A stretch of DNA of 64,000 nt from an uncultured Thermotogaceae bacterium (GTDB lineage Bacteria; Thermotogota; Thermotogae; MWEM01): assembly GCA_964604305.1 (NCBI GenBank), contig CAZRYM010000005.1, positions 7,217 to 71,216 of the forward strand. Reading direction: 5' to 3'. The notes under the pieces are model-generated. The model searched no databases and was not told the DNA's origin. It saw only the letters and a list, made by a program, of their open reading frames with translations. The translations under genes were made by a program, and so were the position numbers. Below, in pieces: positions 37,726 to 48,532 of the stretch. Every line of letters begins with the position of its first letter. Position 1 is the first letter of the stretch.

Positions 37726-38660
37726 GTTTTTCCTCGGACCTGAAGATTGAGTTAAATTCAGTGAAAACATCTGATCAGGTCTCTGCGTTTGTTGAGTTTT
37801 TTGGTATGCTGAAATTCAGAGGGAGCATGTTACTGAAAAAAGAGCAGGAAAGGAATCGGGTTTTTTTTGTCATCTCCACCGGAAACCCTACCGTGGCCAG
37901 AAGAGTTCATTATCTATTAAAAGAAATCAAACATGCATCTGTTGAAACATCTTACACGATTAATCCATATCTTTCAAACAGTAAATCCTATCAGATTAAA
38001 ATCAGTTTTATTAAATCAAAATTAAACATCCCTTTTTTGGAAAAAGGAGAGATATTCACCTGGGACCCTTATGATCTAATCAGAAACGATAGTGCTTATT
38101 TCAGTGAATTTCTCAGAGGGGTGTTTTTTGTGAGCGGTTACATTGTTGATCCTAAAAACTCTTATCACTTTGAAATCCTTGAAAAAGACGGATCGGATAA
38201 CATAGAAAAAATACGAAAGATCATGTATAACATTCTGAGGGTTAAGGCCGGAATAACAGAACATAAAAAAGGGATGAAGCTCTATCTAAAAAAATCAAAT
38301 GATATAATAAGTATGTTAGAATTGATGGGATCAAAGGTTCAACTTGAAAAATACGAAAGAATTGTTGGCCAAAGAAAGGTCAAGTCAAACGTGAACCGGT
38401 CAATAAATTTTACATTGGCAAACGCCAAGAAGATTGGACAAAGTAGTGCCAATCAGATAGATGCGATTATAAAAATCAGTGAAAAGAACGCTTTTCCACA
38501 TTTGGAGAAAGAATTACGAGAATTATGTGAATTGAGGATGAACAATGAGGATTTGAGCCTGGCAGAACTGGGCCAGTTGTTGGCAAAACCATTAACTAAG
38601 TCAGCTGTGTATAATCGGATGAAAAAAATAATCAAAATCTCCGATGAGTTGGAGGATTAA
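37707..38660 (+). CDS. whiA: Sporulation/cell-division regulator WhiA
   Basis: 317 aa with a LAGLIDADG-like N-terminal half and a C-terminal HTH (LAELGQLLAKPLTKSAVYNRMKKI). Conserved yvcJ-yvcK-whiA order. Confidence 0.85.
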   Translation: MGERKLSFSSDLKIELNSVKTSDQVSAFVEFFGMLKFRGSMLLKKEQERNRVFFVISTGNPTVARRVHYLLKEIKHASVETSYTINPYLSNSKSYQIKISFIKSKLNIPFLEKGEIFTWDPYDLIRNDSAYFSEFLRGVFFVSGYIVDPKNSYHFEILEKDGSDNIEKIRKIMYNILRVKAGITEHKKGMKLYLKKSNDIISMLELMGSKVQLEKYERIVGQRKVKSNVNRSINFTLANAKKIGQSSANQIDAIIKISEKNAFPHLEKELRELCELRMNNEDLSLAELGQLLAKPLTKSAVYNRMKKIIKISDELED

Positions 38661-38662
38661 TC

Positions 38663-39118
38663 ATGCAATGTCCTTTTTGTGCAAATAAAAACACAAAGGT
38701 GATAGACTCAAGAACCTCTGAAGATGGAACAAGCGTACGGAGGAGGAGAGAATGCCCTATATGTGATGCCCGCTTTACCACTTATGAACGGTATGAAAAT
38801 TTACCGCTTATGGTAAAAAAAAGAGATGGCCGGTTGGAGCGCTTTAGGAGAGAGAAGTTACTTAACGGTTTGCTTAGGGCAACTGAAAAAAGAGATATAG
38901 ACATAGAAGTCCTTAACGATATCGCTATGAAAATCAGACAGAATTTCGTTGAAAAAGGTGCTACTGAAATTGATAGTGAAGCAATTGGCGAAGAGGCTAT
39001 GAAATATTTAAAAACACTTGATGATGTTGCATATATAAGATTTGCCTCAGTGTATATGGATTTTGACAGTGTGGGGCAATTTAAGAATATTATTGATGAA
39101 TTGAAAAAGGGAGGATAA
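38663..39118 (+). CDS. nrdR: Transcriptional repressor NrdR
   Basis: MQCPFCANKNTKVIDSR...CPICDARFTTYE zinc ribbon plus ATP-cone. Confidence 0.9.
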   Translation: MQCPFCANKNTKVIDSRTSEDGTSVRRRRECPICDARFTTYERYENLPLMVKKRDGRLERFRREKLLNGLLRATEKRDIDIEVLNDIAMKIRQNFVEKGATEIDSEAIGEEAMKYLKTLDDVAYIRFASVYMDFDSVGQFKNIIDELKKGG

Positions 39119-39123
39119 AATCA

Positions 39124-39606
39124 ATGGCAAAAAAAGAAATCATATATCTGACTCAGGAAGGTTTTGATTCTTTAAAGAAGGAATTAAAAGAACTCAAAGA
39201 AAGACTTATGTACGATATTGCTGCCCGAATTAAAGAGGCAAGAGAATATGGAGATTTAAGCGAAAACAGTGAATATGAAGAAGCCAAAAACGAACAGGGA
39301 AGAATCAATGGAAGAATACTTGAGATCGAACATATCCTTGATAAATCAGAAATAATCGATGCAAATGATGTGCAAAGTGATATTGCCAGGTTGGGGTTGA
39401 CGGTTATGGTTAAAAATCTTGAAAACATGCAGGAGAAGACCTTTAAACTTGTAAATCCACAGGAAGCGGACATATTTGAGAACAAGGTCAGTGTAGAATC
39501 CCCTGTGGGTGAAGCGTTGGATGGCGGCAGTATTGGGGATATCGTTAAGGTAAAAACACCCAGTGGCATACAACAATACGAAATTATCGGTATTGGATTA
39601 AAGTAG
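39124..39606 (+). CDS. greA: Transcription elongation factor GreA
   Basis: [17 protein letters not shown]...[17 protein letters not shown]..., C-terminal FKBP-like domain. Confidence 0.9.
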   Translation: MAKKEIIYLTQEGFDSLKKELKELKERLMYDIAARIKEAREYGDLSENSEYEEAKNEQGRINGRILEIEHILDKSEIIDANDVQSDIARLGLTVMVKNLENMQEKTFKLVNPQEADIFENKVSVESPVGEALDGGSIGDIVKVKTPSGIQQYEIIGIGLK

Positions 39607-39622
39607 GAAAGGCGGTAAGCAG

Positions 39623-41137
39623 ATGTCATCATATATCAGAGACCAAAAGATCAGGGAATTGGATGAGATTAGAAAAAAGGGTTTAGAACCCTATCCCCAT
39701 AAATTTGAACGAAAACAAACCACGCAGGATATTTTAAACGCATTTGGAGACATGGATTCCGGTGAGGTAAGAGAAGACGAAATGATTAAAACAGCCGGCA
39801 GAATTATGGCTATCAGAGACCATGGGAAATCTGCTTTTTTTGAACTAAGAGATTTTTACGGAACTGTACAGGGATACATCAGAAAAAGTGAAGTTGGACA
39901 GGATACTTTTGATTTTTTTAAAGAACACATTAGTACCGGAGATTTTGTTGGAATAGAAGGTTTCCCTTTCAAATCCAAAACCGGTGAGCTCTCTGTTTAC
40001 ACTAAAACGATCCAGCTTTTGACAAAAACACTGAGACCGATGCCTGAAAAATGGCATGGTTTAAAAGATAAAGAAGTCATTTACAGACAACGTTATGTGG
40101 ATTTAATTGCCAACAAAGAGAGTATGCAAAGATTTAGAATCAGATTTGAAGTGATCAGGCTTATCCGTGAATTCATGAATAAAAAAGGATTTGTGGAAGT
40201 GGAAACTCCTATGTTGCATTACACACTTGGAGGAGCTTCAGCAAGGCCTTTTATTACCCATATGAATACTTATGATATTGACATGTATATGAGAATTGCA
40301 CCTGAATTGTATCTTAAAAGGCTTATTGTGGGAGGTTTTGACAGAGTATTTGAGATCAACAAGAATTTCAGGAACGAAGGTGTCAGTTACAAGCACAGTC
40401 CTGAATTTACAATGATGGAGTTTTACCAGGCTTATGCTGATTACAATGATCTTATGAAATTGACTGAGGAGCTTTTTGCTTTTGTAGTGAAGGAAATATT
40501 TGGTCAATACGAGATAGACTATCAGGGACAGAAAATTAATTTTGAGCCACCGTGGAATAAGGTTACCATGCAGGGATTCATTAAAGACAAACTGGGAGTA
40601 GATATCTTGAATGATTCCGATGAGGTCCTTTTGGAAACCTTGAAAAAACATCATCATGAACCGGAGATAAAAGACAGGAGTCACTTAATTGACGGATTGT
40701 GGGATCTGGTAGAAGATCTGATCATTCAGCCTACCTTTGTTACGGATCATCCCGTTGAAATTTCTCCTTTGGCAAAAAAACACAGAGATAATCCACAAGT
40801 GACAGAACGTTTTGAACCGATAATTCTTGGAAGAGAGATGGGAAATGCCTTTACCGAATTGAACGATCCCATTGACCAACGAGAAAGATTTGAGAAACAA
40901 ATGGATTTAAGGGATTCCGGTGATGAAGAGGCTCAGATGATGGATCATGATTTTATAAGAGCTTTGGAATATGGCCTTCCACCAACCGGAGGGGAAGGCA
41001 TAGGAATTGATCGATTCGTCATGTTTTTGACAAATTCAGCTTCCATCAGAGATGTCATCCCATTCCCTATGGTAAAGCCATCAAGTCTTGAAGAAGAATA
41101 CGATGAAGAAGTCGAGCAACGGGATGAATGCGAATAA
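39623..41137 (+). CDS. lysS: Lysyl-tRNA synthetase (class II)
   Basis: OB-fold N-terminus and class II motifs (FRNEG..., GGEGIGIDR). 504 aa. Confidence 0.95.
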   Translation: MSSYIRDQKIRELDEIRKKGLEPYPHKFERKQTTQDILNAFGDMDSGEVREDEMIKTAGRIMAIRDHGKSAFFELRDFYGTVQGYIRKSEVGQDTFDFFKEHISTGDFVGIEGFPFKSKTGELSVYTKTIQLLTKTLRPMPEKWHGLKDKEVIYRQRYVDLIANKESMQRFRIRFEVIRLIREFMNKKGFVEVETPMLHYTLGGASARPFITHMNTYDIDMYMRIAPELYLKRLIVGGFDRVFEINKNFRNEGVSYKHSPEFTMMEFYQAYADYNDLMKLTEELFAFVVKEIFGQYEIDYQGQKINFEPPWNKVTMQGFIKDKLGVDILNDSDEVLLETLKKHHHEPEIKDRSHLIDGLWDLVEDLIIQPTFVTDHPVEISPLAKKHRDNPQVTERFEPIILGREMGNAFTELNDPIDQRERFEKQMDLRDSGDEEAQMMDHDFIRALEYGLPPTGGEGIGIDRFVMFLTNSASIRDVIPFPMVKPSSLEEEYDEEVEQRDECE

Positions 41138-41250
41138 CCGTTGTTTTAACATTCATTTCCATATCTAAAGATGAGAAATGCAATGACTCGTTCAGTTTTT
41201 AAAACTAAAGACAGAGGAAAACCGGGTAAGATATGGGAGGATTTGATAAT

Positions 41251-42468
41251 ATGAATATTGGACTTTTCAGCGATACATATACCCCTCAAAGAAACGGGGT
41301 TGCTATAGCAATAACCTTATATCGTAAAGTAATGGAGCAGATGGGGCATAAGGTTTATATCTTTGTTCCAAAGTTTGAATCATCATATAAAAGAAAGGAA
41401 AAAGGGGTATTTGAATGTCCTTCCTTTGGTTATTCCTTGGAAAAGGGACAGAGAATCGGCATCCCGATTTTTCCACTTATAACGACTATCCGATCATTAA
41501 ATTTGGATGTTATCCACGTTCATTCACCCTTTTCCATGAGTTTTTATGCGAAAGTAGTAGCCAAAAATCTCAAAATACCTGCTATTTGCACCCATCACAC
41601 CTTATTTGAATATTATTTGCATTATGTACCATCTATGATAAGGCCTTCAGTAGAGCAAACGAGAAAATTGATGGCCTATTGGACATACTTGTTTGATAAG
41701 GTCATCGCTCCAACCGAGAAAATACGCGAACTCCTTGAAGAATGGGGTGTACCCGGCCATAAACTTGCCACAATTCCAACTGGCATCGATACCAGTTCGT
41801 TTAAAAATCCGGTGAAATGGAATATTAGAGAGGTCTACAATATCCCGGATGATGAGAAAATATTACTTTTTGTAGGTAGAATCGGAAAAGAGAAGAACAT
41901 TGACTTTTTGCTTCGTGCCTTTAAAAATCTCTTACAAAAAAGACATGACGTTCATTTTGTCATTATCGGTGAAGGTGAAGAAAAAGTGCCACTTGAACGC
42001 CTTGCCGGGGAGCTTGGCATATCACAAAAGGTTCATTTCACTGGAGGCATGGATAGAAGGGATGTCATCGATGCTTACAACATTGCAGATATCTTTTGGT
42101 TCGCCTCCTTTTCAGAGACACAGGGTTTGGTAATTCTAGAGAGTCTTACCGCCGGAACACCGGTTGTGGCGCTGGGGAGACTGGGAGTGTATGAACTGCT
42201 TAAAAACAGTGAGAGCGGTGGCACTATGTTGGAGGAACTGAAAGAGGAAGCGTTTACGGAAGCAGTTGAAAGACTTTTAAATGACAAAGAGGAATATGAC
42301 AAAAGAGTCTTAATGGGGAAAAATTTTGTGAAAAAGAATTTCTCCCTCCAACATTCAGTGGAAGAGATGCTTAAATTATACAAAACAGCTATTAAAGAAT
42401 TAGAGATCAAAAAAGAGCAAACGGATACAAAGAAAAGAAAGATTTCCTTGTTTACACAATCGAATTAG
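41251..42468 (+). CDS. GT4 family glycosyltransferase (glycolipid-synthase-like)
   Basis: MNIGLFSDTYTPQRNGVA (GT4 N-terminus) and the EX7E region (FASFSETQGLVILESLTAGTPVV). ATG 41251 with RBS GGGAGGA. Confidence 0.75.
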   Translation: MNIGLFSDTYTPQRNGVAIAITLYRKVMEQMGHKVYIFVPKFESSYKRKEKGVFECPSFGYSLEKGQRIGIPIFPLITTIRSLNLDVIHVHSPFSMSFYAKVVAKNLKIPAICTHHTLFEYYLHYVPSMIRPSVEQTRKLMAYWTYLFDKVIAPTEKIRELLEEWGVPGHKLATIPTGIDTSSFKNPVKWNIREVYNIPDDEKILLFVGRIGKEKNIDFLLRAFKNLLQKRHDVHFVIIGEGEEKVPLERLAGELGISQKVHFTGGMDRRDVIDAYNIADIFWFASFSETQGLVILESLTAGTPVVALGRLGVYELLKNSESGGTMLEELKEEAFTEAVERLLNDKEEYDKRVLMGKNFVKKNFSLQHSVEEMLKLYKTAIKELEIKKEQTDTKKRKISLFTQSN

Positions 42469-42495
42469 TATCACAATGAAAGGAAGTAAAAGAGA

Positions 42496-43773
42496 ATGGA
42501 AACGACAATAGTACTGATACTGTTTTTCCTAACTTATTATCTGATCATCACGGGGAAATTCCAACGGTCACTTGTAGCTTTTACCATGGGGCTTTTGGTT
42601 ATGCTTTTCCAAATCAGCGAAGGCATTTCCATCAAGCGTGTTAGTACTTATGTGGATTTTAACACGATTGGTATTTTACTGGGGATGATGATTCTCGTTG
42701 GTATATTGAAAAAAACGGGCTTGTTCCAATATATCGCCGCAAAGATCGTCAAGAATTCAAAAGGTAAAATGTATCTTATATACTTTACTCTGTTGATTGC
42801 TGTAGCCTTTTTTTCCAGTGTACTGGATAACGTTACCACGATTCTGCTTTTTTCACCTGTGGTGTTTTTGATAGCAGATACGGCCGGGATCAGTCCCGTT
42901 TCGTTAATCTTTTCAATGATATTTGCCGCTAACATTGGTGGAATGACAACCATCGTAGGGGATCCTCCCAATATTCTTGTTGGAAGTGCCTCCGGGTCAA
43001 GCTTTGTCGGTTTCATGCTGGTGATGATTATACCTTCAGTGTTGATGCTGGCCAGCGTTTTGGTTTACTTTCATTTCAGATACCCCCATATCAGAAAAGT
43101 GGAACAATCGAAATTGCAGCGGCTGATGGATATCGATCCGAAAAAGGCCATAGAAGATCGGCCACTCTTTATCAAGGGAATTGTTATTTTCGCATTGGTT
43201 ATTTTGGGGTTTGTTGTGCATGAAAAGTTGGATTATGAAGCTTCTCTCATTGCATTAACGGGAGCAGCCGTTTTAATGTTGCTTTCAAAAATAGATTTTC
43301 AGGAGATTTCACAAGAGGTTGAATGGGATACCATCTTTTTTTTCGTGGGGTTGTTTACCCTGGCCAAGGCCCTTGAGGATGTAGGTGTTATCGGTTCAGT
43401 GGCGAACTGGATCAACCAGTTCAGTGCCAATCCCTTGCTGCTTATTTTAGCTGTATTGTGGATTTCAGCTGCGCTTGGTGGTTTTATTGGAGCAGTTCCT
43501 GTGGTGACGGTTTTCATTCCTATCGTACAAAGGCTTCAGGGGATGATTCCTAACAGCACGGAATTATGGTGGGCGCTTGCATTGGGAGCCTGTATAGGAG
43601 GAAACTTAACCATAAGTGGAGCAGCTGCTAATATGGTTGCAGTAGGTCTTGTTGAAAAAACTCAAAAGACAAAAATCAGTTTTGTAGCCTTCCTAAAAGA
43701 AGGACTTGTAATAACTACAATAGGTCTGGTAGTCGCTACTCTTTATCTTGTTTCAAGGTGGTATATGATATAA
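42496..43773 (+). CDS. ArsB/NhaD-superfamily permease (ion/anion transporter, 12 TM)
   Basis: 425 aa polytopic protein. Its two halves each carry GxxxxGDPPN-type/hairpin re-entrant signatures (IVGDPPNILVG). Confidence 0.6.
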   Translation: METTIVLILFFLTYYLIITGKFQRSLVAFTMGLLVMLFQISEGISIKRVSTYVDFNTIGILLGMMILVGILKKTGLFQYIAAKIVKNSKGKMYLIYFTLLIAVAFFSSVLDNVTTILLFSPVVFLIADTAGISPVSLIFSMIFAANIGGMTTIVGDPPNILVGSASGSSFVGFMLVMIIPSVLMLASVLVYFHFRYPHIRKVEQSKLQRLMDIDPKKAIEDRPLFIKGIVIFALVILGFVVHEKLDYEASLIALTGAAVLMLLSKIDFQEISQEVEWDTIFFFVGLFTLAKALEDVGVIGSVANWINQFSANPLLLILAVLWISAALGGFIGAVPVVTVFIPIVQRLQGMIPNSTELWWALALGACIGGNLTISGAAANMVAVGLVEKTQKTKISFVAFLKEGLVITTIGLVVATLYLVSRWYMI

Positions 43774-43807
43774 TCGACAAACAATTAATCATATTGGAGT
43801 CAACAGC

Positions 43808-44800
43808 ATGGCAGACATTGGCATAAAAGCATTAACTGAATACATAAATTCTTTTAACAAGTTCCTCATTATTGGGCATATTGATCCGGATGGAGACTGT
43901 ATCAGTTCGGTATTGGCATTAACATATGGGTTAAGGAGAATGAAAAAAAAGGCCATCCCAGCCATAGATAGTAAATGTCCTGCTGTTTTCGAGAGATTCC
44001 AACCGGTATCACAAATCGTCTTTTCACAAGAGGTGAATTTAGAAGATTTTGAAGCAGTGATAACAGTAGATTCCTCATCCCCGGACAGAATGGGAAGATT
44101 TCAAGAGCTAATCGGGAAGAAACCGAATTTTGTAATTGATCATCACATAACCAATGAAGAATGGGGAGATTATAATTGGTTGGATTTTGAAGCCTCCTCT
44201 GCGGCAGAAATGGTCTATAAATTCCTGAGGGATTTAAACATCGAATACGATCCGATTCTCTCTACAATTAACCTTCTGGGTATTCAAACCGATACGGGCT
44301 TTTTTAAATACACCAACACAGGGTGGCAAGTTATGGAAATAGCCGGAGAGCTTATAAAAAAAGGGGCGAACGCACCATTTAACGCTTCCATGGTTCTTGA
44401 AAACAACCGTGTAGAGGAATTTTATCTGCTTTCGAAAATGGCGAATAACATCAAATTGGAATTAAACGGTAAGCTGATTTATTCATATATCACATTGGAA
44501 ATGATGGAAAAAACAGGATGTACTTATGAAGATTCAACAGGACTGATTGGTGAGTTAAGATCTATTAAGGATGTGGAAACGGCTATTCTCTTTACTGAAA
44601 TGGAAAGGGAAGAAATCAAGGTCAGTTTTCGTTCAAAGAGATGGTTTGATGTAGCAAAGATCGCCATAGATTATGGTGGTGGCGGTCACCAACGGGCTTC
44701 AGGATGTACAATTTATAAAACAATGGAAGTTACCATAGATGAAGTGGTCAAAAAAACTATGCTGGAAATGGCACAAACTGACCAAGATAGAATACAGTAG
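43808..44800 (+). CDS. nrnA: DHH/DHHA1 phosphoesterase NrnA (nanoRNase / pAp phosphatase)
   Basis: IIGHIDPDGDCISS, DHH, DHHA1 with GGGGHQRASG. Confidence 0.8.
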   Translation: MADIGIKALTEYINSFNKFLIIGHIDPDGDCISSVLALTYGLRRMKKKAIPAIDSKCPAVFERFQPVSQIVFSQEVNLEDFEAVITVDSSSPDRMGRFQELIGKKPNFVIDHHITNEEWGDYNWLDFEASSAAEMVYKFLRDLNIEYDPILSTINLLGIQTDTGFFKYTNTGWQVMEIAGELIKKGANAPFNASMVLENNRVEEFYLLSKMANNIKLELNGKLIYSYITLEMMEKTGCTYEDSTGLIGELRSIKDVETAILFTEMEREEIKVSFRSKRWFDVAKIAIDYGGGGHQRASGCTIYKTMEVTIDEVVKKTMLEMAQTDQDRIQ

Positions 44801-44809
44801 GAGGAAAAA

Positions 44810-45115
44810 ATGTCAAAAATAACAAAAGAACAGATAGTAGATGCATTAAAAACGGTAATCGATATAGAAATAGGGATCGATATCGTTTCTTTAGGTCTTA
44901 TATATGATATAAAGATCAACGACGATGATAGTGTGGATGTTAAAATGACTCTCACCGTACCAACTTGTCCTATGGCAAGTATTCTGACAGAACAAGCAAG
45001 AAATGCAGCGGCTTCAGTAGATGGAGTTAAAAAAGCTCAAGTTGAACTTGTCTTTGAACCTAGATGGACCCCTGATATGATGGATGAGAGCGCAAAAAGA
45101 CTTCTGGGGAGATAA
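44810..45115 (+). CDS. DUF59/MIP18-family Fe-S assembly protein (SufT-like)
   Basis: ITKEQIVDALKTVIDIEIGIDIVSLGLIYDI...TLTVPTCPMASIL. Confidence 0.75.
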   Translation: MSKITKEQIVDALKTVIDIEIGIDIVSLGLIYDIKINDDDSVDVKMTLTVPTCPMASILTEQARNAAASVDGVKKAQVELVFEPRWTPDMMDESAKRLLGR

Positions 45116-45117
45116 TC

Positions 45118-45927
45118 ATGAATAACAGGCAAGTAATTGTTATAACATCGGGAAAAGGCGGTGTTGGAAAAACAACTGTTACCGCAAATCTTGGGGCTGC
45201 TTTTGCCAACCTGGGAAAAAGGGTTTGTTTGATAGATGGTGATCTGGGATTAAAGAATCTCGATGTGGTTCTTGGACTTGAAAATCGTATTCTCTATACA
45301 ATCATGGATGTTGTGTCAGGAAGGGTAGGAGCTTCAGAAGCTCTTGTCCGTCATAAAACAAATCGAAACCTCTATTTGATGCCTGCATCTCAAATAGCTA
45401 CAAAAGAGATGATGACTGTTGAGGACATGACAAATGTTGTCACCAGAATTAAACAGGATTTTGATTATATTATAATTGACTCTCCTGCGGGAATAGAAAG
45501 TGGTTTTCGTAATGCGATTGCAGCTGCTGATACAGCCATCCTGGTAACAAATCCGGAATATACAGCTGTCAGTGATGCGGACAGAGTTTTGGGCTTGTTG
45601 GAAAACACGCCCCTCGGACTGGATAATGTGTTTTTTGTCTTGAATAAGGTTAAAGATGGCATTAATGAAAAACGCGGCATGCTGAAAACTGAAGAAGTCA
45701 TTAAAACACTTTCTATACCTATGATCGGGATGGTTCCTGACAGTGATGAAGTTTTTATTGGTTCAAACAGAGGGGTACCGATAGCGTTTGAGCCCTCTCA
45801 TGATATGAATAAAATATTTACCAACATTACCAGAAGGATAATGGGACACAATATTCCCGTGGAGCAGGATTTCAAACTGGCTAAAACCAGTGTTTGGAAG
45901 CTTTTCTTAAAACTTTTTAGAACTTAG
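45118..45927 (+). CDS. MinD-like ParA-family ATPase with C-terminal amphipathic membrane-targeting helix
   Basis: Deviant Walker A SGKGGVGKTT, LYLMPASQ, DSPAGIE, TNPEYTAVSDADRVLGLL. The C-terminal KLFLKLFRT resembles the MinD membrane-targeting sequence. No minC or minE is adjacent. Confidence 0.75.
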   Translation: MNNRQVIVITSGKGGVGKTTVTANLGAAFANLGKRVCLIDGDLGLKNLDVVLGLENRILYTIMDVVSGRVGASEALVRHKTNRNLYLMPASQIATKEMMTVEDMTNVVTRIKQDFDYIIIDSPAGIESGFRNAIAAADTAILVTNPEYTAVSDADRVLGLLENTPLGLDNVFFVLNKVKDGINEKRGMLKTEEVIKTLSIPMIGMVPDSDEVFIGSNRGVPIAFEPSHDMNKIFTNITRRIMGHNIPVEQDFKLAKTSVWKLFLKLFRT

Positions 45928-45947
45928 ATTCAGGGGAGAAAATCAAC

Positions 45948-46349
45948 ATGAAATACATGGAAATAGATGTGAAAACAAAGAATAGAGCAGAAGTTGTTGA
46001 TATAACATCCGAAGTTCAGGAATTGATCAATCGCAAAGGATTAAAAAATGGTGTTGTGATCGTGTATGTACCACATACTACAGCAGGTGTAGCCATCAAT
46101 GAAAATGCAGATCGAGATGTGAAATCGGATTTCATAAGAAAAATGGGTGAAATCGTACCTTCAAATGACAATTACAGGCACATTGAAGGGAATGCTGATT
46201 CGCATATCAAAACCATTTTGACCAACACCTCACAAACTTTATTTATAGAGAATGGCCAATTGGTTTTGGGGACCTGGCAGGGAATTTATTTCTGTGAGTA
46301 CGATGGTCCACGAAAAAGAAAATGCTGGATTAAATTTCTTGAAGAATGA
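45948..46349 (+). CDS. YjbQ/UPF0047 family protein
   Basis: 133 aa with HTTAGVAINENADRDV...HIEGNADSH. Confidence 0.75.
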   Translation: MKYMEIDVKTKNRAEVVDITSEVQELINRKGLKNGVVIVYVPHTTAGVAINENADRDVKSDFIRKMGEIVPSNDNYRHIEGNADSHIKTILTNTSQTLFIENGQLVLGTWQGIYFCEYDGPRKRKCWIKFLEE

Positions 46350-46350
46350 C

Positions 46351-47394
46351 ATGCAAAGTAGAGAGTTGTACATCTCAGTAAACTCTTCTGAATTTGACAA
46401 ATCAGAAGAGTTTTTGCAATGTGCAAGTGATTTACGCTCAGGAGAGCTTGTCATTTTTCCTACGGAAACTGTATACGGACTCGGTGCCGTTATCAATAAC
46501 GAAGAGTCATTGAAATCAATATACACAGCCAAGGGAAGGCCTTCTGATAATCCTCTCATTGTCCACATTGGAGATATAAGTCAGATCTGGCAGGTGGTGG
46601 AAAGAGATCCACCTGAGCTATTTTGGAAGCTGATTGAACGATTTTGGCCTGGTCCTGTAACCTTCATTTTAAAGAAGGCTAAACAAGTTTCTCATATAAT
46701 AACCGGCAATAGAAACAGTGTAGCAGTGAGGTTTCCATCCAACAAAATTGCCCAACGATTGATTAATGTTTGTGGGATGCCTGTAGCCGCACCAAGTGCC
46801 AATATTTCAGGACTTCCAAGCCCTACAAGACCTGAGCATTTGAATGAGATGAAGGGAAGGGTCAAATGGATTATAGAAACCGAGCCTTTAGAGTTTGGTA
46901 TTGAATCCACAATCATTTCCCTACTGGAAGATATTCCAATTTTATTGAGACCCGGTCCGATAACAACAGAAAAATTAAAAGAGATCATACCGGAATTAGC
47001 AATCAAAGAAGACATGACCGAGGCAATTGCACCGGGAATGAAGTACAGACACTATTCTCCAAAGGCACAAATAAAATTGATTCCTTGGAATAGTGACAAC
47101 AAACAAATATCAGAACAAGGGATTAGGTTGTACAAAGAAGAGCGAATGTCACATTCTCCGCAAAAAATAGCCCTGATTTGTACAGATGAAACTGTAAAAA
47201 TATATGACGATGCGGGAATTAAGTGTATTTCTTTGGGATCAAGAGCAGACCTTTATCGTGTTGCAAGCAACCTATTCCATGTGTTAAGGAGTTTGGACAA
47301 AGATAAAATAGATTGTGCATTGGTTGAAGCCTTTGAAGATAAAGGATTGGGGATAACCATTATGAACAGACTCAAGAAAGCATCATCAAAATGA
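46351..47394 (+). CDS. tsaC: L-threonylcarbamoyladenylate synthase (Sua5/YwlC type, YrdC + Sua5 domains)
   Basis: GELVIFPTETVYGLGA...KGRPSDNPLIVHI plus the C-terminal Sua5 domain. ATG 46351 sits right after the yjbQ stop. Confidence 0.85.
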   Translation: MQSRELYISVNSSEFDKSEEFLQCASDLRSGELVIFPTETVYGLGAVINNEESLKSIYTAKGRPSDNPLIVHIGDISQIWQVVERDPPELFWKLIERFWPGPVTFILKKAKQVSHIITGNRNSVAVRFPSNKIAQRLINVCGMPVAAPSANISGLPSPTRPEHLNEMKGRVKWIIETEPLEFGIESTIISLLEDIPILLRPGPITTEKLKEIIPELAIKEDMTEAIAPGMKYRHYSPKAQIKLIPWNSDNKQISEQGIRLYKEERMSHSPQKIALICTDETVKIYDDAGIKCISLGSRADLYRVASNLFHVLRSLDKDKIDCALVEAFEDKGLGITIMNRLKKASSK

Positions 47395-48011
47395 AGAAGA
47401 AAAGCATAACACACCTGTTTGTTCAGTTGGGGGAGATACTGCAAAAAAACAGAATAAAGAGTGGTTTTTCAAAAGAAAAGGTATATGAAAAGACCCATAT
47501 AAGCGTTGAAACCATCGAACAAATAGAAAATGGTGAGTTATCCGATATTCCTAATATTTACTTGAAAGATTTTATCAACAGATATTCCACTTTTTTAGAA
47601 ATTCAAAACGACGCTGCTGTAGAGGAATTTTTAAGCTGTTTAGATCAAAACAGCAAAAAGATACCAAAGATCAAAAAGGAAAACGTAAACAAAAAACCTG
47701 TTAGAATGATGATGAAAACAATCATACCTGTGCTGTTAATAATTATTTTACTCCAGGTATTATTAATACAAAAACAAAAAGACAGAGAAATTGTAAAGAT
47801 TACGAATAGAGGCAACTCAGAGGTTATACTAAGAACAAATGGTGACACTATTCCACTAAAACCGAATGAGACTTTAACTTTTGAAGATAATTTTTCAGGT
47901 AAAGTTATCAATACTGAAAAATCGTTAATTGTGGTAGAATATTATGAAGATACATGGGAAGTTTTTTTTAAGGAATTTGAGGTGCTAATAGGTAATGGGC
48001 AGGATTCGTAA
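47391..48011 (+). CDS. RodZ-like HTH membrane protein (XRE HTH - TM - C-terminal domain)
   Basis: N-terminal HTH (LGEILQKNRIKSGFSKEKVYEKTHISVETIEQIENG), one TM helix (IIPVLLIIILLQVLLI), and a C-terminal beta domain. Confidence 0.55.
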   Translation: MKKKSITHLFVQLGEILQKNRIKSGFSKEKVYEKTHISVETIEQIENGELSDIPNIYLKDFINRYSTFLEIQNDAAVEEFLSCLDQNSKKIPKIKKENVNKKPVRMMMKTIIPVLLIIILLQVLLIQKQKDREIVKITNRGNSEVILRTNGDTIPLKPNETLTFEDNFSGKVINTEKSLIVVEYYEDTWEVFFKEFEVLIGNGQDS

Positions 48012-48528
48012 AGCAGAACTTGTCAACCTGGTAATTTTCGCTTTCGGGCGTTATATTGATTATAGATTGACTGATGTAAAAAATGAATTAATAGAAGAAT
48101 TTGGAGAAATTGATTATATTTCCGAACCTCTTGATTTTGGTAAATACACCCACTATTACAATAAAGAGATGGGTGAAGGTAAAATAGAGGGGAAGTTAAT
48201 CAGTTTTAAAGAATTAATACATCCCGTGGAACTCGCGCATACAAAGCTTGTAACGAATCGAATAGAATTAAAAAACCTTCTTGAAGGGAACAGAACCATA
48301 AATATCGATTCGGGGTATGTTCATCATACTCAATTTGTTTTAGCTTCAACAAAACCACAGGGACACAGAATTTACATCGGAAAAGGCATTTATGCCGAGG
48401 TTACCTTATACTACGCTGAAGGCGCTTACAAACCCTTAAAATACACTTACCCCAATTATGCAAATCAGGAGTACATATCTGAGGTTGAGAAAATAAGAAA
48501 GGCATTTTTAAAAAAAAGAAAGAGTTGA
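47995..48528 (+). CDS. Hypothetical protein (177 aa) upstream of rimO
   Basis: ORF overlapping the previous gene by 17 bp. No motif recognised. Confidence 0.45.
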   Translation: MGRIRKAELVNLVIFAFGRYIDYRLTDVKNELIEEFGEIDYISEPLDFGKYTHYYNKEMGEGKIEGKLISFKELIHPVELAHTKLVTNRIELKNLLEGNRTINIDSGYVHHTQFVLASTKPQGHRIYIGKGIYAEVTLYYAEGAYKPLKYTYPNYANQEYISEVEKIRKAFLKKRKS

Positions 48529-48532
48529 TATC

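Noticed and set aside
39153-39632. 159-aa minus-strand ORF antisense to greA
   Set aside because: The sense-strand greA is unambiguous. The antisense frame is serine- and leucine-rich with no translation signals.
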